Positions 25,368 through 36,386 are shown, numbered from the stretch's first letter. The stretch is 64,000 bases of DNA from Candidatus Binatia bacterium (GCA_046757725.1 JBHHYU010000008.1:230-64229), one strand, 5' to 3'. Made by a program: numbers and translations. The notes: generated by a model not told the origin, from the sequence alone.

Positions 25368-26081
25368 ATGTCAAAGGTTTGGGTTTTACAACATACTCCA
25401 TGTGAAACCCTGGGCACGATCGCAGATGTCTTGGAAACCACAGGAATTTCTTCTCAGACTGTTCGTGTCTTTGAAGGAGCGCCCGTACCCAAAAGCATAG
25501 GCGATGCCAACGGCCTCATCGTCATGGGCGGCCCCATGGGGGTTCATGACCAGTCCCATTGTCCCTTTCTCACAGAAGAAATGCGTCTGATTGGACAGGC
25601 TCTCCAGGAAGAGAGACCTGTGATGGGAATCTGTTTAGGAAGCCAACTATTGGCCGCGACTTTGGGCGCGCCCGTGATCAAAGGGGAAAGAAAAGAAATT
25701 GGCTGGTATTCAGTCACCTTGGGAGAATCGGCTAAATCCGATGTCTTGTGGGCCGACGTCGAGGCCTCCTTTATGGCCTACCATTGGCACGGGGATGTCT
25801 TTGAGTTGCCACGAAATGCGGTGCCGCTGGCATCCTCAAGTTTAACCAGAACTCAAGCCTTTCGGTATGGTCACCATACGTACGGTTTTCTGTTTCATAT
25901 GGAGGTCACCAAAAAGATCATCCAGGGGATGGTTGCGACGTTTACGGATGAGCTTCAAGAGGCGAAGGTGGATGGCGATGAAATCCTCCATCAGGCAGAG
26001 GACTATTTACCCCGCCTTCAGAGAATCGGCAGCTTAGTTTTTAAGCGGTGGGCAAACACAGTCACAAGAGCAAGCTCATAA
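25368..26081 (+). CDS. Class-I glutamine amidotransferase-like protein (GMP-synthase-type GATase domain)
   Basis: The MGICLGSQLL catalytic Cys context and the HxE region (YHWHGD...FHMEV) are typical of GATase1. Confidence 0.6.
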   Translation: MSKVWVLQHTPCETLGTIADVLETTGISSQTVRVFEGAPVPKSIGDANGLIVMGGPMGVHDQSHCPFLTEEMRLIGQALQEERPVMGICLGSQLLAATLGAPVIKGERKEIGWYSVTLGESAKSDVLWADVEASFMAYHWHGDVFELPRNAVPLASSSLTRTQAFRYGHHTYGFLFHMEVTKKIIQGMVATFTDELQEAKVDGDEILHQAEDYLPRLQRIGSLVFKRWANTVTRASS

Positions 26082-26099
26082 AGGCCGGCCTGTGCTTGC

Positions 26100-29000
26100 C
26101 TAGGTCTCATCTCCTCTTGCCATCCCTGATCCCGTGGTATGGCTCGGCTCTTTAGTCGCAATCACATGATCGGCAACCCTTTGCACACCACGAACCCTGA
26201 GATCCAGCCACAACGAATACAAGGCAGGAATGAGAACGAGGGTAAACAGGGTTGAGAGCGCTAGTCCCCCTAAAACGGCAGAGCCCAACCCCCTGTAGAG
26301 TTCGGAACCCGAGCCCCGGGAGAGGACCAAGGGGAGCATGCCAAAGATAGTCGTGGCGCTGGTCATGAAGATAGGGCGAATCCGGCTTCTAACGCTTAGT
26401 AGGAGCGCTTCCTGTGGTGGGTAGTCTTCCCGCATAAAGTTAAGAGCCTGATGAACAATAAGAATCGCATTGTTGACGACGATACCGGTAAGAATAATGA
26501 AGCCTAATATGGTTACAGAATCCATCTTGATGCTCGGTTCACTTGCATGAGATAGGCTAACACCGAGGACACCACCCGTCATCGCTAGAGGCACGCTGAA
26601 CATGATAATTAAGGGGTAAACCCAAGACTCAAAGAGGGAGCACATGAGCAAGTAGGTCACTACGAGGGCCAGAAGGAACGACCATTTCAGCGCGTTCCAG
26701 GCATCAACGAGATTCTGCACCTGACCGCTCACATCAATAGAATAGCCAAGAGGGAGTGCCCGCCGAGCTTTGCGGACAATGTTATGCTCTACCTGTTCAA
26801 GGGCAGCCGCCAACGGAATCTCTTCATGAAAATTAGCAGTTAGCTTGATGGCCCGGTCAAGATCCACATGCTCCACCTTCGTCGGTCCCTGAGCCCGTTT
26901 GATCACGGCAATGTCCGCGAGCTTAACCAACCCTCCGGACGGGCTCGAGAGAACCACCTGACCCAGGTTCTGGGTTCGGGCCATCTCAGGGTCGGGCCCT
27001 TTTAGAACAATGTCTAACTCCTTTCCACCTTCCCGGTAAACCCCGGCTAATGTCCCGTCAACCATCGTCTCCACGACCTCACCCACTTCGGAAACGCTGA
27101 GTCCAAGGGATGCAATCCGCTCTCGATCCACTAGGACCTGAAGTTCTGGATTTCCCCACTCAAACGTCGAGTTGACAAAGTTCACCGCAGAGAGACCTTT
27201 GACCTTGTCTTCGATGCTACCGGCAACACCACGGATAATCCCGAAATCATCTCCTTTGACATCAAGCTCAACATTGCTGCCCCCGAAAAACGCCCCACGC
27301 TGCCGAAAGAGCGGGGACTGTGTGATAAAGACTCCTTCGGTACCGGGAATTCCTTTGGAGCGCTGTCGCATCTCTGTAACGACTTTGCGCATCCCCCTGA
27401 GGTCGGCATGCTCCCGCTTGACACGCCCTCCCATAATCGAGTTGTCCACCCGTACCACCGAAAAGAGCCGTTTCATCTCCGGGATGGCCAGGAATCGGGC
27501 TTCAAGCGTCTTAATGATCTTCTCCTTCTGGTCGATACTCATACCAGGGGGGGTGCGAACAACAACAAAGATGAGGTTGCGGTTTCCCTGCGGCAAATAA
27601 TCTAGCGGAGGAGCAAACCCGTAAGCAACGACCAGCGCTCCAAGAATAATACCGGCCACCATACAAACACGTCGCAGTATCCCCTGCCGAAGCCATCCAA
27701 GCAGCCCTACGATAGCCTCAACAAAGGCCGCACCGGCTCGATCCAGGAGACCGCGACCCGCCCGGAGCCATCGGACCTGGAATCGGGTGCGCCCTGAGGA
27801 AATACGGGCAGATAGCATGGGAACAAACGTCAGGGCAACCACCAGTGATAGTGAGACAGCCACTGAGATCGCGATGGCAATGTCGCGGAAGAGCTGGCCA
27901 GCCTCTTGCTGGATGAAAAGAATCGGGACAAACACGGCAACGGTCGTTAAAGTTGACGCCAGAATTGCCCCCCACACCTCTTGCGCCCCAGCAAGCGCCG
28001 CCTCAAGCGGGCTCTTGCCTATCTCGCGGTGACGGTGGATATTTTCCAGAACGACGATCGCATTGTCCACTATCATTCCGGTGGCAAAGGCGAGCCCAGC
28101 CAGCGTGATGATATTAAGCGACCTTCCCAGGACATCTAAAACGATGAAGGTGGCCACCACAGAAACCGGAATGGCGAGGCCGATCACGAGGACACTGGAA
28201 AGGCTTTGCAGAAAGAGGAGAAGGACCACGATAGCCATGGCAAACGCGTAGTAAATATTACTCGTCACCAAACCAAGGGAGTCCGTGATATACTCCGTTT
28301 CATCATAGACCTGGTTCAGGTGAATTCCCCTATCTTTGTAAAGCTTGTCATTTAGATAGGTTAATTCAGCCTTGATCCCCTTCATCACCTTTACGGTATT
28401 GGCGCCTGATCGGCGAAGCACACCGAGCCCGATGGCTGGACGGCCGTTGTTCCTGACAACAAAATCCCGGTCCTCATGGCCGAAGGCTACGCTGGCAATG
28501 TCTCGGATGTAGACCGGCCCGCTTCGATCCCTGCGGACGATGACATCCTCTATTTGACGGATATCCGTGAACTGGCCCAGGGTTCGGACGACGTGGCGAC
28601 GCCTACCTTCGCTCAGATCGCCACCTTTGATATCCTGGTTTTCCTTGAGGATGGCTGCGCGCACCTCTTTCACGGTGAGCCCTCTGGCAGCCATTGCCTT
28701 CGGATCCAAGGTCACGTGAACCTCCCGATCCTGGCCCCCGAAGCGCCACACCGCCCCAACACCACTGATGCGTTCCAGACGCGGTGCGATGACATCTTCG
28801 ACCTCTTCCCAGATCTCATTCAGGTCACGCGCCGTTTCCACGATGATCCAGGCGATCGGACTCTCTTCGTCGGTGTTGACTGCACGGATCTGGGATTCCT
28901 CGGCATCCGGTGGAATATCTTTGACCAGATCAAGCTTTTCAGACACTCCGAGCCGCGCAACGTCCTTGTTGGTACCCCAGTCAAACTTGAGAATGATCCT

Positions 29001-29267
29001 GGACTTTCCTTCAATAGAATTTGAGGTCATCTCCCGCAGGTTTTCTACTGCATTAAGCTGGTCCTCAAGACGGTCAGTGATCTCTCGCTCGACCTCAAGC
29101 GGACCAGCCCCCTTATACTCAGTCTCGACGGTAATCTCTGGCCGGTCCACGGTGGGAATCATCTGAACCGGCAGGCGCAAGAGCGCAACCCCACCAAAGA
29201 TGAGCGCCAAAAGAACGCCTACTGTTACTGTGACAGGATAACGAACGCAGAACTCGATGAGTTTCAT
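26100..29267 (-). CDS. RND efflux transporter, HAE-1-like inner-membrane pump (AcrB/MexB family), 1055 aa
   Basis: 12-TM architecture with two large periplasmic loops. The TM4 motif GLAFATGMIVDNAIVVLEN is present. It overlaps the membrane-fusion-protein gene by 4 bp. Confidence 0.8.
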   Translation of the reverse strand: MKLIEFCVRYPVTVTVGVLLALIFGGVALLRLPVQMIPTVDRPEITVETEYKGAGPLEVEREITDRLEDQLNAVENLREMTSNSIEGKSRIILKFDWGTNKDVARLGVSEKLDLVKDIPPDAEESQIRAVNTDEESPIAWIIVETARDLNEIWEEVEDVIAPRLERISGVGAVWRFGGQDREVHVTLDPKAMAARGLTVKEVRAAILKENQDIKGGDLSEGRRRHVVRTLGQFTDIRQIEDVIVRRDRSGPVYIRDIASVAFGHEDRDFVVRNNGRPAIGLGVLRRSGANTVKVMKGIKAELTYLNDKLYKDRGIHLNQVYDETEYITDSLGLVTSNIYYAFAMAIVVLLLFLQSLSSVLVIGLAIPVSVVATFIVLDVLGRSLNIITLAGLAFATGMIVDNAIVVLENIHRHREIGKSPLEAALAGAQEVWGAILASTLTTVAVFVPILFIQQEAGQLFRDIAIAISVAVSLSLVVALTFVPMLSARISSGRTRFQVRWLRAGRGLLDRAGAAFVEAIVGLLGWLRQGILRRVCMVAGIILGALVVAYGFAPPLDYLPQGNRNLIFVVVRTPPGMSIDQKEKIIKTLEARFLAIPEMKRLFSVVRVDNSIMGGRVKREHADLRGMRKVVTEMRQRSKGIPGTEGVFITQSPLFRQRGAFFGGSNVELDVKGDDFGIIRGVAGSIEDKVKGLSAVNFVNSTFEWGNPELQVLVDRERIASLGLSVSEVGEVVETMVDGTLAGVYREGGKELDIVLKGPDPEMARTQNLGQVVLSSPSGGLVKLADIAVIKRAQGPTKVEHVDLDRAIKLTANFHEEIPLAAALEQVEHNIVRKARRALPLGYSIDVSGQVQNLVDAWNALKWSFLLALVVTYLLMCSLFESWVYPLIIMFSVPLAMTGGVLGVSLSHASEPSIKMDSVTILGFIILTGIVVNNAILIVHQALNFMREDYPPQEALLLSVRSRIRPIFMTSATTIFGMLPLVLSRGSGSELYRGLGSAVLGGLALSTLFTLVLIPALYSLWLDLRVRGVQRVADHVIATKEPSHTTGSGMARGDET

Positions 29268-30559
29268 TGAGACCTCGGCCCTGGGCCTCGCCGATAATGG
29301 TCCACTACGCGGATCTTTGCCCCGTCTTTGAGCGTTCCATTGCCGAGCACCACGACGGCTTGGCCCGTTTTCAGGGCATGGTGATAAACCTCCATAAGCC
29401 CTTTGACGACACGGCCGGTTGTGACCTTGTACTCCCTTGCCAACCCATCTACGACAACGAAAATCACCTCATCGGCCTCCCGACGCACGACGGCATCCTT
29501 CGGGACGAAGTAACCCTGGCGCTTTTCGCCCACCTTTACAGAAACTCGTGCCAACATTCCGCTTTTAAGACGGCCGTGTGGATTGGGAATGCTGACTTTG
29601 ACGGGGAACGTGCGACTTTGCGGGTCAGCTTGCGGGACAATGTGGGACACAGTGCCACCAAAGCCCTTACCAGGGATAGCATCCACTCGGACCGTAGCGG
29701 ACAGGCCGATTCGAAGAAGACTGATATAGCGCTCTCCCACCGGACCGGAAGCAAAAACGGGGTCAAGGTCGATGAGGTCTGCAATAGCATCACCCGCATG
29801 CACCCAAGTGCCGACATCCACATATTTCTTGATCAAAAAGCCGGTAAGCGGCGAACGCAGAGTGGTGCGATGGAGTTCGTACGCGATCTGGCTGTGGTGG
29901 GCCTCGGCTTCACGCAACTCAGCCCTAGCCTGGGCGATTTCTTCCTTGCGAGGACCTTCCTCTGCCATCCGGAGGGCCGCAAGAACCCTCCTGTGCTTTT
30001 CTTTTGCCGCCAGGTAATTACTTTGGTGCTGCTCAAACTCGGCTAGGCTGATAAGCTCGCGTCGATATAGGCGCTCTGCCCGCCGAAAATCCTGCTCCGC
30101 TCGAGTGAGTAAGGCTTTTTGTTCCTCTGCCTCTGCGCGCCGTTGGGCAATTTCTTCGGACCGGTAACCCCGCCTGAGCTCCTCCCATCTCTGTCTGGCC
30201 TTATCAACGGCTGCTTGACTCTCATTGAGGGCAATCTCTCTCGATGTCCGATCAAGCTGGACGAGAACGGTTTTCCCCAACACCACACGGTCCCCTTCTC
30301 GCACGGTCGCCTGGACAACTTTCCCATCCACCATCGCCCCGACGGTCGTAGCGATATTTGGCTCAATAGTAGCGACAAAGGAGATTTTTTCCTGTACGTT
30401 TCGGGATACTACGGGAGCAACCTCAACCGGAGTCAGAGGAGATTCTGCAAAGGAAGGTGTTGAACCGACTAGGCCCACTAGAGTTACGATCAAACCTAGA
30501 GCATAGGGAACCGATCGATTTTCCCTAACAGAAAAAAAGGTCAACCTATCTTCATCCAT
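29264..30559 (-). CDS. RND membrane fusion (periplasmic adaptor) protein, HlyD/AcrA family
   Basis: Signal or anchor sequence, a long coiled-coil segment (EIAQRRAEAEEQKALLTRAEQDF...), then a beta-barrel and MP domain. It is coupled to the pump gene. Confidence 0.75.
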   Translation of the reverse strand: MDEDRLTFFSVRENRSVPYALGLIVTLVGLVGSTPSFAESPLTPVEVAPVVSRNVQEKISFVATIEPNIATTVGAMVDGKVVQATVREGDRVVLGKTVLVQLDRTSREIALNESQAAVDKARQRWEELRRGYRSEEIAQRRAEAEEQKALLTRAEQDFRRAERLYRRELISLAEFEQHQSNYLAAKEKHRRVLAALRMAEEGPRKEEIAQARAELREAEAHHSQIAYELHRTTLRSPLTGFLIKKYVDVGTWVHAGDAIADLIDLDPVFASGPVGERYISLLRIGLSATVRVDAIPGKGFGGTVSHIVPQADPQSRTFPVKVSIPNPHGRLKSGMLARVSVKVGEKRQGYFVPKDAVVRREADEVIFVVVDGLAREYKVTTGRVVKGLMEVYHHALKTGQAVVVLGNGTLKDGAKIRVVDHYRRGPGPRSQ

Positions 30560-30683
30560 TGACCTTTTAATCTACGCTACTTCCTGAGGTGTCTCAATAC
30601 ATTGAATGGGCTTCAAAAATCGTGAAAGAAAAAGAACTTAGGATCAGAAGGGGCAGGAGGGGAAAATAGAGAACCTGTGAATC

Positions 30684-31385
30684 TTACGATTGGCCTTTTC
30701 CTCTTTTTTGTAATTTTTCCAAGGCCCTTTTGGCAGCCGCCTGCTCAGACTGTTTTTTGCTCCGACCCTCGCCCTCGCCCATCACTTGGCTGCCGATAAT
30801 GATCTCGGTGACAAAACGTTTCTCGTGATCCGGGCCGATCGCCGACACCAATCGATATTTTGGCGGAGCGTGAAAGAGCATTTGGCTGATCTCTTGAAGT
30901 CTGGTTTTGTAATCCTGCCGCCCTAGGTGCCCCTCCTTTATATTGAGTGCAAAAAGCCGCTCTACCAAATGGCGGGTAGGCTCATAGCCGCCATCCCAAT
31001 AGATACCCCCGAGAAGGGCCTCAAAGGCACCTGCAAGAATGGATCGTTTTTTTCGCCCGCCGCTTCGCTCCTCACCCTTTCCCATCCGAAGCAGGGGGCC
31101 AAGATTTAGCGCAGCTCCTTTTTCCGCCAGAGCGGATGAGTTAACAAGAGAGGCACGCATCCTCGAAAGATCGCCCTCACTTTTTTCCGGAAACCGGCGC
31201 ATCAGCAGATCACTGATGGCAAGATCTAAAACGGCATCACCGAGAAATTCAAGGACCTCGTTGTGCTCGCCGCCTCCTTCATGATTGTAAGAGACGTGAG
31301 TGAGACAACGCAGGAGCAGAGCGGGATTCGAGAATGAATAACCCAACTCTCTCTGCAGGAGGAGTAACTGCGGCTCTTTTTCCAC
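30684..31385 (-). CDS. rnc: Ribonuclease III
   Basis: The catalytic RNase III signature ERLEFLGDAVL-like (EVLEFLGDAVLDL) is present, with a C-terminal dsRBD and a Lys-rich tail. Confidence 0.85.
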   Translation of the reverse strand: MEKEPQLLLLQRELGYSFSNPALLLRCLTHVSYNHEGGGEHNEVLEFLGDAVLDLAISDLLMRRFPEKSEGDLSRMRASLVNSSALAEKGAALNLGPLLRMGKGEERSGGRKKRSILAGAFEALLGGIYWDGGYEPTRHLVERLFALNIKEGHLGRQDYKTRLQEISQMLFHAPPKYRLVSAIGPDHEKRFVTEIIIGSQVMGEGEGRSKKQSEQAAAKRALEKLQKRGKGQS

Positions 31386-31426
31386 CGCTACCTGTTAATC
31401 GCTCGCGGCGATCTGGGTCCCGGGCC

Positions 31427-32764
31427 TCACCTGGACGCCACCATTCTCCCCCTCAACCATCCCCCTTCCAGGTCATACAGTTCGACTTTGGTTTCACGAT
31501 TGATTCGGTCGCTGCCGGTGCAAACAACAACGGGAAGGTAGTTTCGGCTATAACCTCTACGATCGCCACTGTTTTTATCGATCTTTGCTTCGATCAAGAC
31601 GGGAACCTCTCGACCCAGAAAACCGCGGTAAAAATCTCTTTTTTTCTTTCCGCCCAGTTCCCGCATTTTTCTAGCACGTTCTTTCTTCACATCGTTGGGA
31701 ACTTGATCGGGCAATGAGGCGGCGAGTGTGCCTTTTCGAATGGAATAGGGAAATACATGAAAATAAGTCAGCGGAAGAGACGCGAAAAATTCCATGGAGC
31801 ACTCGAAGTCCTCGTCCGTTTCGCCCGGAAACCCTACGATGATATCGCTGCCCAGGGCGGCGTCGGGCAGCCTCTGTTTTACTTTGGAGATAAGCTCCCG
31901 ATAGTAGGCCGTGTCATAGTTCCTACGCATTTGCTTGAGCCTCCCGTCCTCACCTCCCTGAGCACAAACATGAAGATGGGGACACAGCACATCGGATTGC
32001 GCGAGGAGGTCCAACAACCTCTCGGGAACCTCCCGTGGGTCCAGCGAACTCAGTCGTACCCGCGGGACGATTCGGCTCTGCGAGATTTTTTCCAGCAAAA
32101 GCGTGAGATCCAGCTTGGGCTTGAGATCATGTCCGTATCCCCCAAGGTGAATCCCCGTCAGGACGATCTCGGCAAATCCCTCCTCTGCAAGCATTCGCAT
32201 TTGGTTTAACACCTCCTCTGGAGGAACGCTCCGACTCCGTCCTCGTGCAGTAGGAATAATGCAGTACGTACAAGAATAGTTACAGCCCTCTTGAATCTTC
32301 AAAAAGGCGCGAGTGTGCCCGGGAAGCCCCTTCGCTCCCAATACAGAGACCCCGTGCTCTCTCCGCACATCACCTACGGCGATTGTCTCGGTTAGGCGCG
32401 GGCCAGACCGGTCCACATACCGCAGCAAATCCTCCAAGCGATTGAGACCGACTACGTAATCGACGCCGGGAACCTGCGCTACTTTCTCCGGACTGACCTG
32501 GGCATAACAGCCGGTCACGAGGACCGTTGATGCAGGACTTGAGCGCTTGGCACGCCGGACAAGCTGCCGTGCCTCCCAATCCGCACGATCGGTAACCGTG
32601 CAAGTATTGATAATATAGCAGTCGGCATGCTGATCAAAAGAGACGAACAAGTGTTCCTTTTCCAAGCGGGTCCGAATCACCGCAGAATCGTACTGGTTGA
32701 TTTTACAACCGAGCGTCGTTATCGCGATACGCACCCTACCCCCGCTTTCTGCCTCTCTTAACAA
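31427..32764 (-). CDS. Radical-SAM methylthiotransferase, MiaB/MtaB family (MTTase N-domain + CxxxCxxC + TRAM)
   Basis: An N-terminal Cys triad (TLGCKINQYDS..., INTC, TGCYAQ), a radical SAM motif CNYSCTYC and a C-terminal TRAM-like domain. Confidence 0.7.
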   Translation of the reverse strand: MLREAESGGRVRIAITTLGCKINQYDSAVIRTRLEKEHLFVSFDQHADCYIINTCTVTDRADWEARQLVRRAKRSSPASTVLVTGCYAQVSPEKVAQVPGVDYVVGLNRLEDLLRYVDRSGPRLTETIAVGDVRREHGVSVLGAKGLPGHTRAFLKIQEGCNYSCTYCIIPTARGRSRSVPPEEVLNQMRMLAEEGFAEIVLTGIHLGGYGHDLKPKLDLTLLLEKISQSRIVPRVRLSSLDPREVPERLLDLLAQSDVLCPHLHVCAQGGEDGRLKQMRRNYDTAYYRELISKVKQRLPDAALGSDIIVGFPGETDEDFECSMEFFASLPLTYFHVFPYSIRKGTLAASLPDQVPNDVKKERARKMRELGGKKKRDFYRGFLGREVPVLIEAKIDKNSGDRRGYSRNYLPVVVCTGSDRINRETKVELYDLEGGWLRGRMVASR

Positions 32765-32832
32765 ACCAGCTCTCCGGCCTCATCTCCTGGATCCTAATCT
32801 CTGAACTACTGGAGCTTCATTATTCCGCCAGA

Positions 32833-33567
32833 TCACCGGCCTAGATTTTTGAGCAGCTGTCTTACCTCACGGAGTGCTTCGTTTTCTTCGTTCTGGCGCT
32901 CTTCCAATCCGCCTTGGCGAGTGCTTAACGCAGTGACCTGTTTCTCCAGCTTCTGGATGTGTTCGGTCAAACTGCCCATGGCCTTGGCGACGGGGTCAGG
33001 CAGCCGGTTGTGATCTAGGTCGATGAGGTGTGCCTGCGGGTCCCGATGGACCCCTTCTCCTTCGACTACCCTCCCGGGTATCCCTACCACTGTGGAGTTG
33101 GGCGGGACCGAGTTGACTACAACCGAGCCGGAACCGATCTTGCTGTTGCGGCCGATGGTCACAGGTCCAAGGATAGTTGCCCGAGCGCCGATGATCACGC
33201 AATCTTCCACCGTGGGATGTCGCTTTTCTTTCCTCCGGCTGGTACCACCCAAGGTCACGCCCTGGTAGATGGTCACGTCATCGGCGATCTCCGTGGTCTC
33301 TCCGATAACGACTCCCATACCGTGGTCAATAAAAAAACGTCGGCCAACCTCTGCAGCCGGATGAATCTCTATGCCGGTGAAAAAACGTCCTACGTTGCTG
33401 ACAAAGCGGCCTAGTGCTTTAAAGCCTTTCAGCCAGATCAGATGAGCGAGCCGATGGAAGAAGAGCGCATGAAATCCGGGGTAGGTAAAAACGACCTCCC
33501 AGACATTACGCGCCGCTGGGTCGCGCTCAAAAACAACCTGAATATCTTCCCTAATGGTTTTCCACAT
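32833..33567 (-). CDS. cysE: Serine O-acetyltransferase with C-terminal coiled-coil tail
   Basis: A hexapeptide-repeat left-handed beta-helix with CysE-typical N-terminal helices ([15 protein letters not shown]) and the [27 protein letters not shown] motif. Confidence 0.8.
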   Translation of the reverse strand: MWKTIREDIQVVFERDPAARNVWEVVFTYPGFHALFFHRLAHLIWLKGFKALGRFVSNVGRFFTGIEIHPAAEVGRRFFIDHGMGVVIGETTEIADDVTIYQGVTLGGTSRRKEKRHPTVEDCVIIGARATILGPVTIGRNSKIGSGSVVVNSVPPNSTVVGIPGRVVEGEGVHRDPQAHLIDLDHNRLPDPVAKAMGSLTEHIQKLEKQVTALSTRQGGLEERQNEENEALREVRQLLKNLGR

Positions 33568-33588
33568 AAGCCGATGTCCATGGTGTCG

Positions 33589-35166
33589 TTAGGCTCGTTG
33601 CCTGGAATCCTTATAGAGTTTGTAATCGATACTATCCACAACGGCCTGCCAACTTGCATCGATAACGTTATGGGATACGCCCACGGTCCCCCACCGATTT
33701 GTACCATCACCCGACTCAATTAACACTCGAACTAACGCAGCCGTTCCCTCACCAGAGGAAAGAACCCGGACTTTGTAATCCAGCAGGTCCATCTCCCTAA
33801 GAGACGGATAAAACTTCATTAAGGCCCTCCGCAGAGCTCGGTCCAAGGCATTCACAGGACCATTACCCATTGCCGCTGCATGTTCCATGGTTCCATCCAC
33901 CTCCACCATAATCGTGGCCTCGGAGATTGGAGGTTCTTCTTCTTTCCTCTTTTCATCGATGACCCGAAAACCAACCAGACGAAAGTTTTTTTTCTTCCTT
34001 CCCAATGCATCCTGAATGAGAAGTTCAAAGGATGCCTCCGCCGCTTCAAACTCGTATCCCTGGCTCTCTAGATGTTTAATACGGCGAAGGATCTCATGTA
34101 TCACCCGATCGTCGTTTTTGAGTCGGATACCGTATTCCTTGGCTTTGTATACAATATTGCTCCGACCAGCCAGATCCGACAGCAATACCCGCTGCTGATT
34201 GCCTACAAGCCCGGGGTTGATGTGTTCGTAGGTTTCGCGGTTTTTGAGAATTGCGGCGACGTGCAGGCCACCCTTGTGTGCAAACGAGCTGTCCCCCACG
34301 TAGGGTTGATGCTTGAGGGGATGGATATTTGCAAGCTCATAAAAAAAGTGCGAGACCTCACGCAGCTTCCTCATCTGGTCGGGTTGAATACACCTCTTCC
34401 CCATCTTAAGCTGCAGGTTAGGGATCACGGAACAGAGATTAAGGTTTCCACATCGTTCACCAAAGCCGTTGATAGTTCCCTGCACCTGGCGCACCCCCAT
34501 TTCCACTCCCACCATGGTGTTGGCCACCGCCAGCTCCCCATCGTTATGACAGTGAATCCCCAGATGGCTCGTCATCTCGCTGTTCAATTTGGCGATCGCG
34601 TCACGAATCTCTCCCGGTAGACGACCACCATTGGTATCACAGAGGACAATCCAGTCCGCCCCCGCTTCCTCGGCCACCCAAAGACATTCCAGGGCATACT
34701 CCGGATTCGAGCGATAGCCGTCAAAGAAATGTTCCGCATCAAAAACGACTTCATCCACACGCTTTTTCATAAATGCGATGGAATCCGAAATCATCTCTAA
34801 ATTTGCCTTCTTGCTAATCCGAAGGGCGTCACGCACATGGAGGTCCCAGGTCTTTCCTACCAGGGTAACCACCGGCATATCCGCATCCAAGAGTATCTTC
34901 AAGCTGAGATCCTGAGAGGGTTTGGATGTCGGTTTCCGCGTGGTGCCGAAGGCGGCTATTTTGGTTCCTTGTAACTTAAGCCTTTTGACTTCCTTAAAAA
35001 AATCCGCATCCCTGGGATTGGAACCGGGATAGCCCCCCTCGATATAGTCGATTCCCAACTCCACAAGCTTGTCTGTAATACGCAGCTTATCCTCAAGGGT
35101 AAAGGAAACATCCTCCGCCTGACAGCCGTCCCTCAAAGTCGTGTCATAGATTAAAACGTCTTTCAT
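33589..35166 (-). CDS. cimA: (R)-citramalate synthase / 2-isopropylmalate synthase family (CimA-like, 525 aa)
   Basis: The N-terminal motif YDTTLRDGCQAEDVSF, an HMGL-like TIM barrel and a C-terminal LeuA dimerisation/regulatory domain. The size matches CimA. Confidence 0.7.
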   Translation of the reverse strand: MKDVLIYDTTLRDGCQAEDVSFTLEDKLRITDKLVELGIDYIEGGYPGSNPRDADFFKEVKRLKLQGTKIAAFGTTRKPTSKPSQDLSLKILLDADMPVVTLVGKTWDLHVRDALRISKKANLEMISDSIAFMKKRVDEVVFDAEHFFDGYRSNPEYALECLWVAEEAGADWIVLCDTNGGRLPGEIRDAIAKLNSEMTSHLGIHCHNDGELAVANTMVGVEMGVRQVQGTINGFGERCGNLNLCSVIPNLQLKMGKRCIQPDQMRKLREVSHFFYELANIHPLKHQPYVGDSSFAHKGGLHVAAILKNRETYEHINPGLVGNQQRVLLSDLAGRSNIVYKAKEYGIRLKNDDRVIHEILRRIKHLESQGYEFEAAEASFELLIQDALGRKKKNFRLVGFRVIDEKRKEEEPPISEATIMVEVDGTMEHAAAMGNGPVNALDRALRRALMKFYPSLREMDLLDYKVRVLSSGEGTAALVRVLIESGDGTNRWGTVGVSHNVIDASWQAVVDSIDYKLYKDSRQRA

Positions 35167-36386
35167 AGCTTCCCCTGCTTCTCGATAAACTCCTCGTGCA
35201 GTATCCGAACCGCAAGCTCCGTATATTTTTCCTCCACCACCACGGATATTTTGATTTCGGATGTAGTAATCATTTCTATGTTGATGCCCTGCTGCGCGAG
35301 AAGCTGAAACATTTTTGCCGCCACTCCGGCATGGGTCCGCATCCCCACCCCAATGATAGAGATCTTGGCGATGTTGGGATTCGCCGTAACCCCCTTAGCC
35401 TGGATGGCGGACGCAGTCTTTTTCACTAGAGAGAAGGCCTCCTTATAATCTGCTTTAGGAACAGTAAAAGTCAAATCCGTCGTACCATCCTCGCTGGCAT
35501 TTTGAATGATCATGTCCACAACAATATTCGCCTTCCAGATCGGTGTAAATATTTGTGACGCAAGCCCTGGCCGGTCAGGGACCTTTAAAAGCGTGATTTT
35601 GGTCTCATCCTTGTCATAAGTTACTCCAGAAACCAAAACCGAATCCATATGCTCGTCCTCCTTTACCAGCCATGTTCCTTCAACTTCTGAGAAGCTGGAA
35701 CGAATATGGACGGGTACATTAAATTTTTTGGCAAGCTCGACAGAACGGATCTGGAGAACTTTAGCCCCGGAACTTGCCATTTCGATCATTTCTTCATGAG
35801 AAATCCGACTTAGTTTTTTTGCCGCGGGACAGATAGCCGGGTCAGTGGTAAAGATACCCTCCACATCCGTATAGATTTCACAAACATCGGCCTTCAGGGC
35901 TGCGGCCATGGCTACGGCACTGGCATCCGATCCACCTCGACCCAATGTAGTAATATTATCTTCTTTGTCCACCCCCTGAAATCCTGCAACCACGACGATA
36001 TTTCCACCTTCCAGTGCTTGACTTATCCGAGTCGAATCAATGCTCTGGATACTCGCTTTTCCATAGGTGCTATCCGTCGCAATTCTCACCTGATGCCCGA
36101 GAAAGGAACGTGCGTGAAGTCCCGAATCTTTAAGCGCAAGGGTCAAAAGGGATGCAGAAACCTGCTCCCCCGAGGCCAGTAGCACATCACGCTCGCGTTC
36201 ATCCGGAGTCTCAGAAATCTGTTGAGCCAGGGCCAGGAGTCTGTTTGTTTCTCCAGCCATTGCAGAAACCACCACGACCACACTATGCTTTGCCTGCCTG
36301 GCTGTTTTGATTTTGTTGGCGACGTGTTTAATTTGTTCTACTGTTCCCAGGGAGGTACCGCCATATTTTTGTACGATCATTGCCAT
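35163..36386 (-). CDS. lysC: Aspartate kinase (monofunctional, two ACT domains)
   Basis: The N-terminus MAMIVQKYGGTSLG, a kinase domain and C-terminal ACT repeats. It overlaps cimA by 4 bp. Confidence 0.85.
   Translation of the reverse strand: MAMIVQKYGGTSLGTVEQIKHVANKIKTARQAKHSVVVVVSAMAGETNRLLALAQQISETPDERERDVLLASGEQVSASLLTLALKDSGLHARSFLGHQVRIATDSTYGKASIQSIDSTRISQALEGGNIVVVAGFQGVDKEDNITTLGRGGSDASAVAMAAALKADVCEIYTDVEGIFTTDPAICPAAKKLSRISHEEMIEMASSGAKVLQIRSVELAKKFNVPVHIRSSFSEVEGTWLVKEDEHMDSVLVSGVTYDKDETKITLLKVPDRPGLASQIFTPIWKANIVVDMIIQNASEDGTTDLTFTVPKADYKEAFSLVKKTASAIQAKGVTANPNIAKISIIGVGMRTHAGVAAKMFQLLAQQGINIEMITTSEIKISVVVEEKYTELAVRILHEEFIEKQGKL

Noticed and set aside
26082-26099. AGGCCGGCCT palindrome between convergent genes as a terminator
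   Set aside because: It is a perfect palindrome with no loop and no U-tract. It cannot form a stable intrinsic terminator hairpin as written.
28476-29024. 182-aa plus-strand ORF inside the RND pump gene
   Set aside because: It is antisense to a strongly supported 12-TM transporter.
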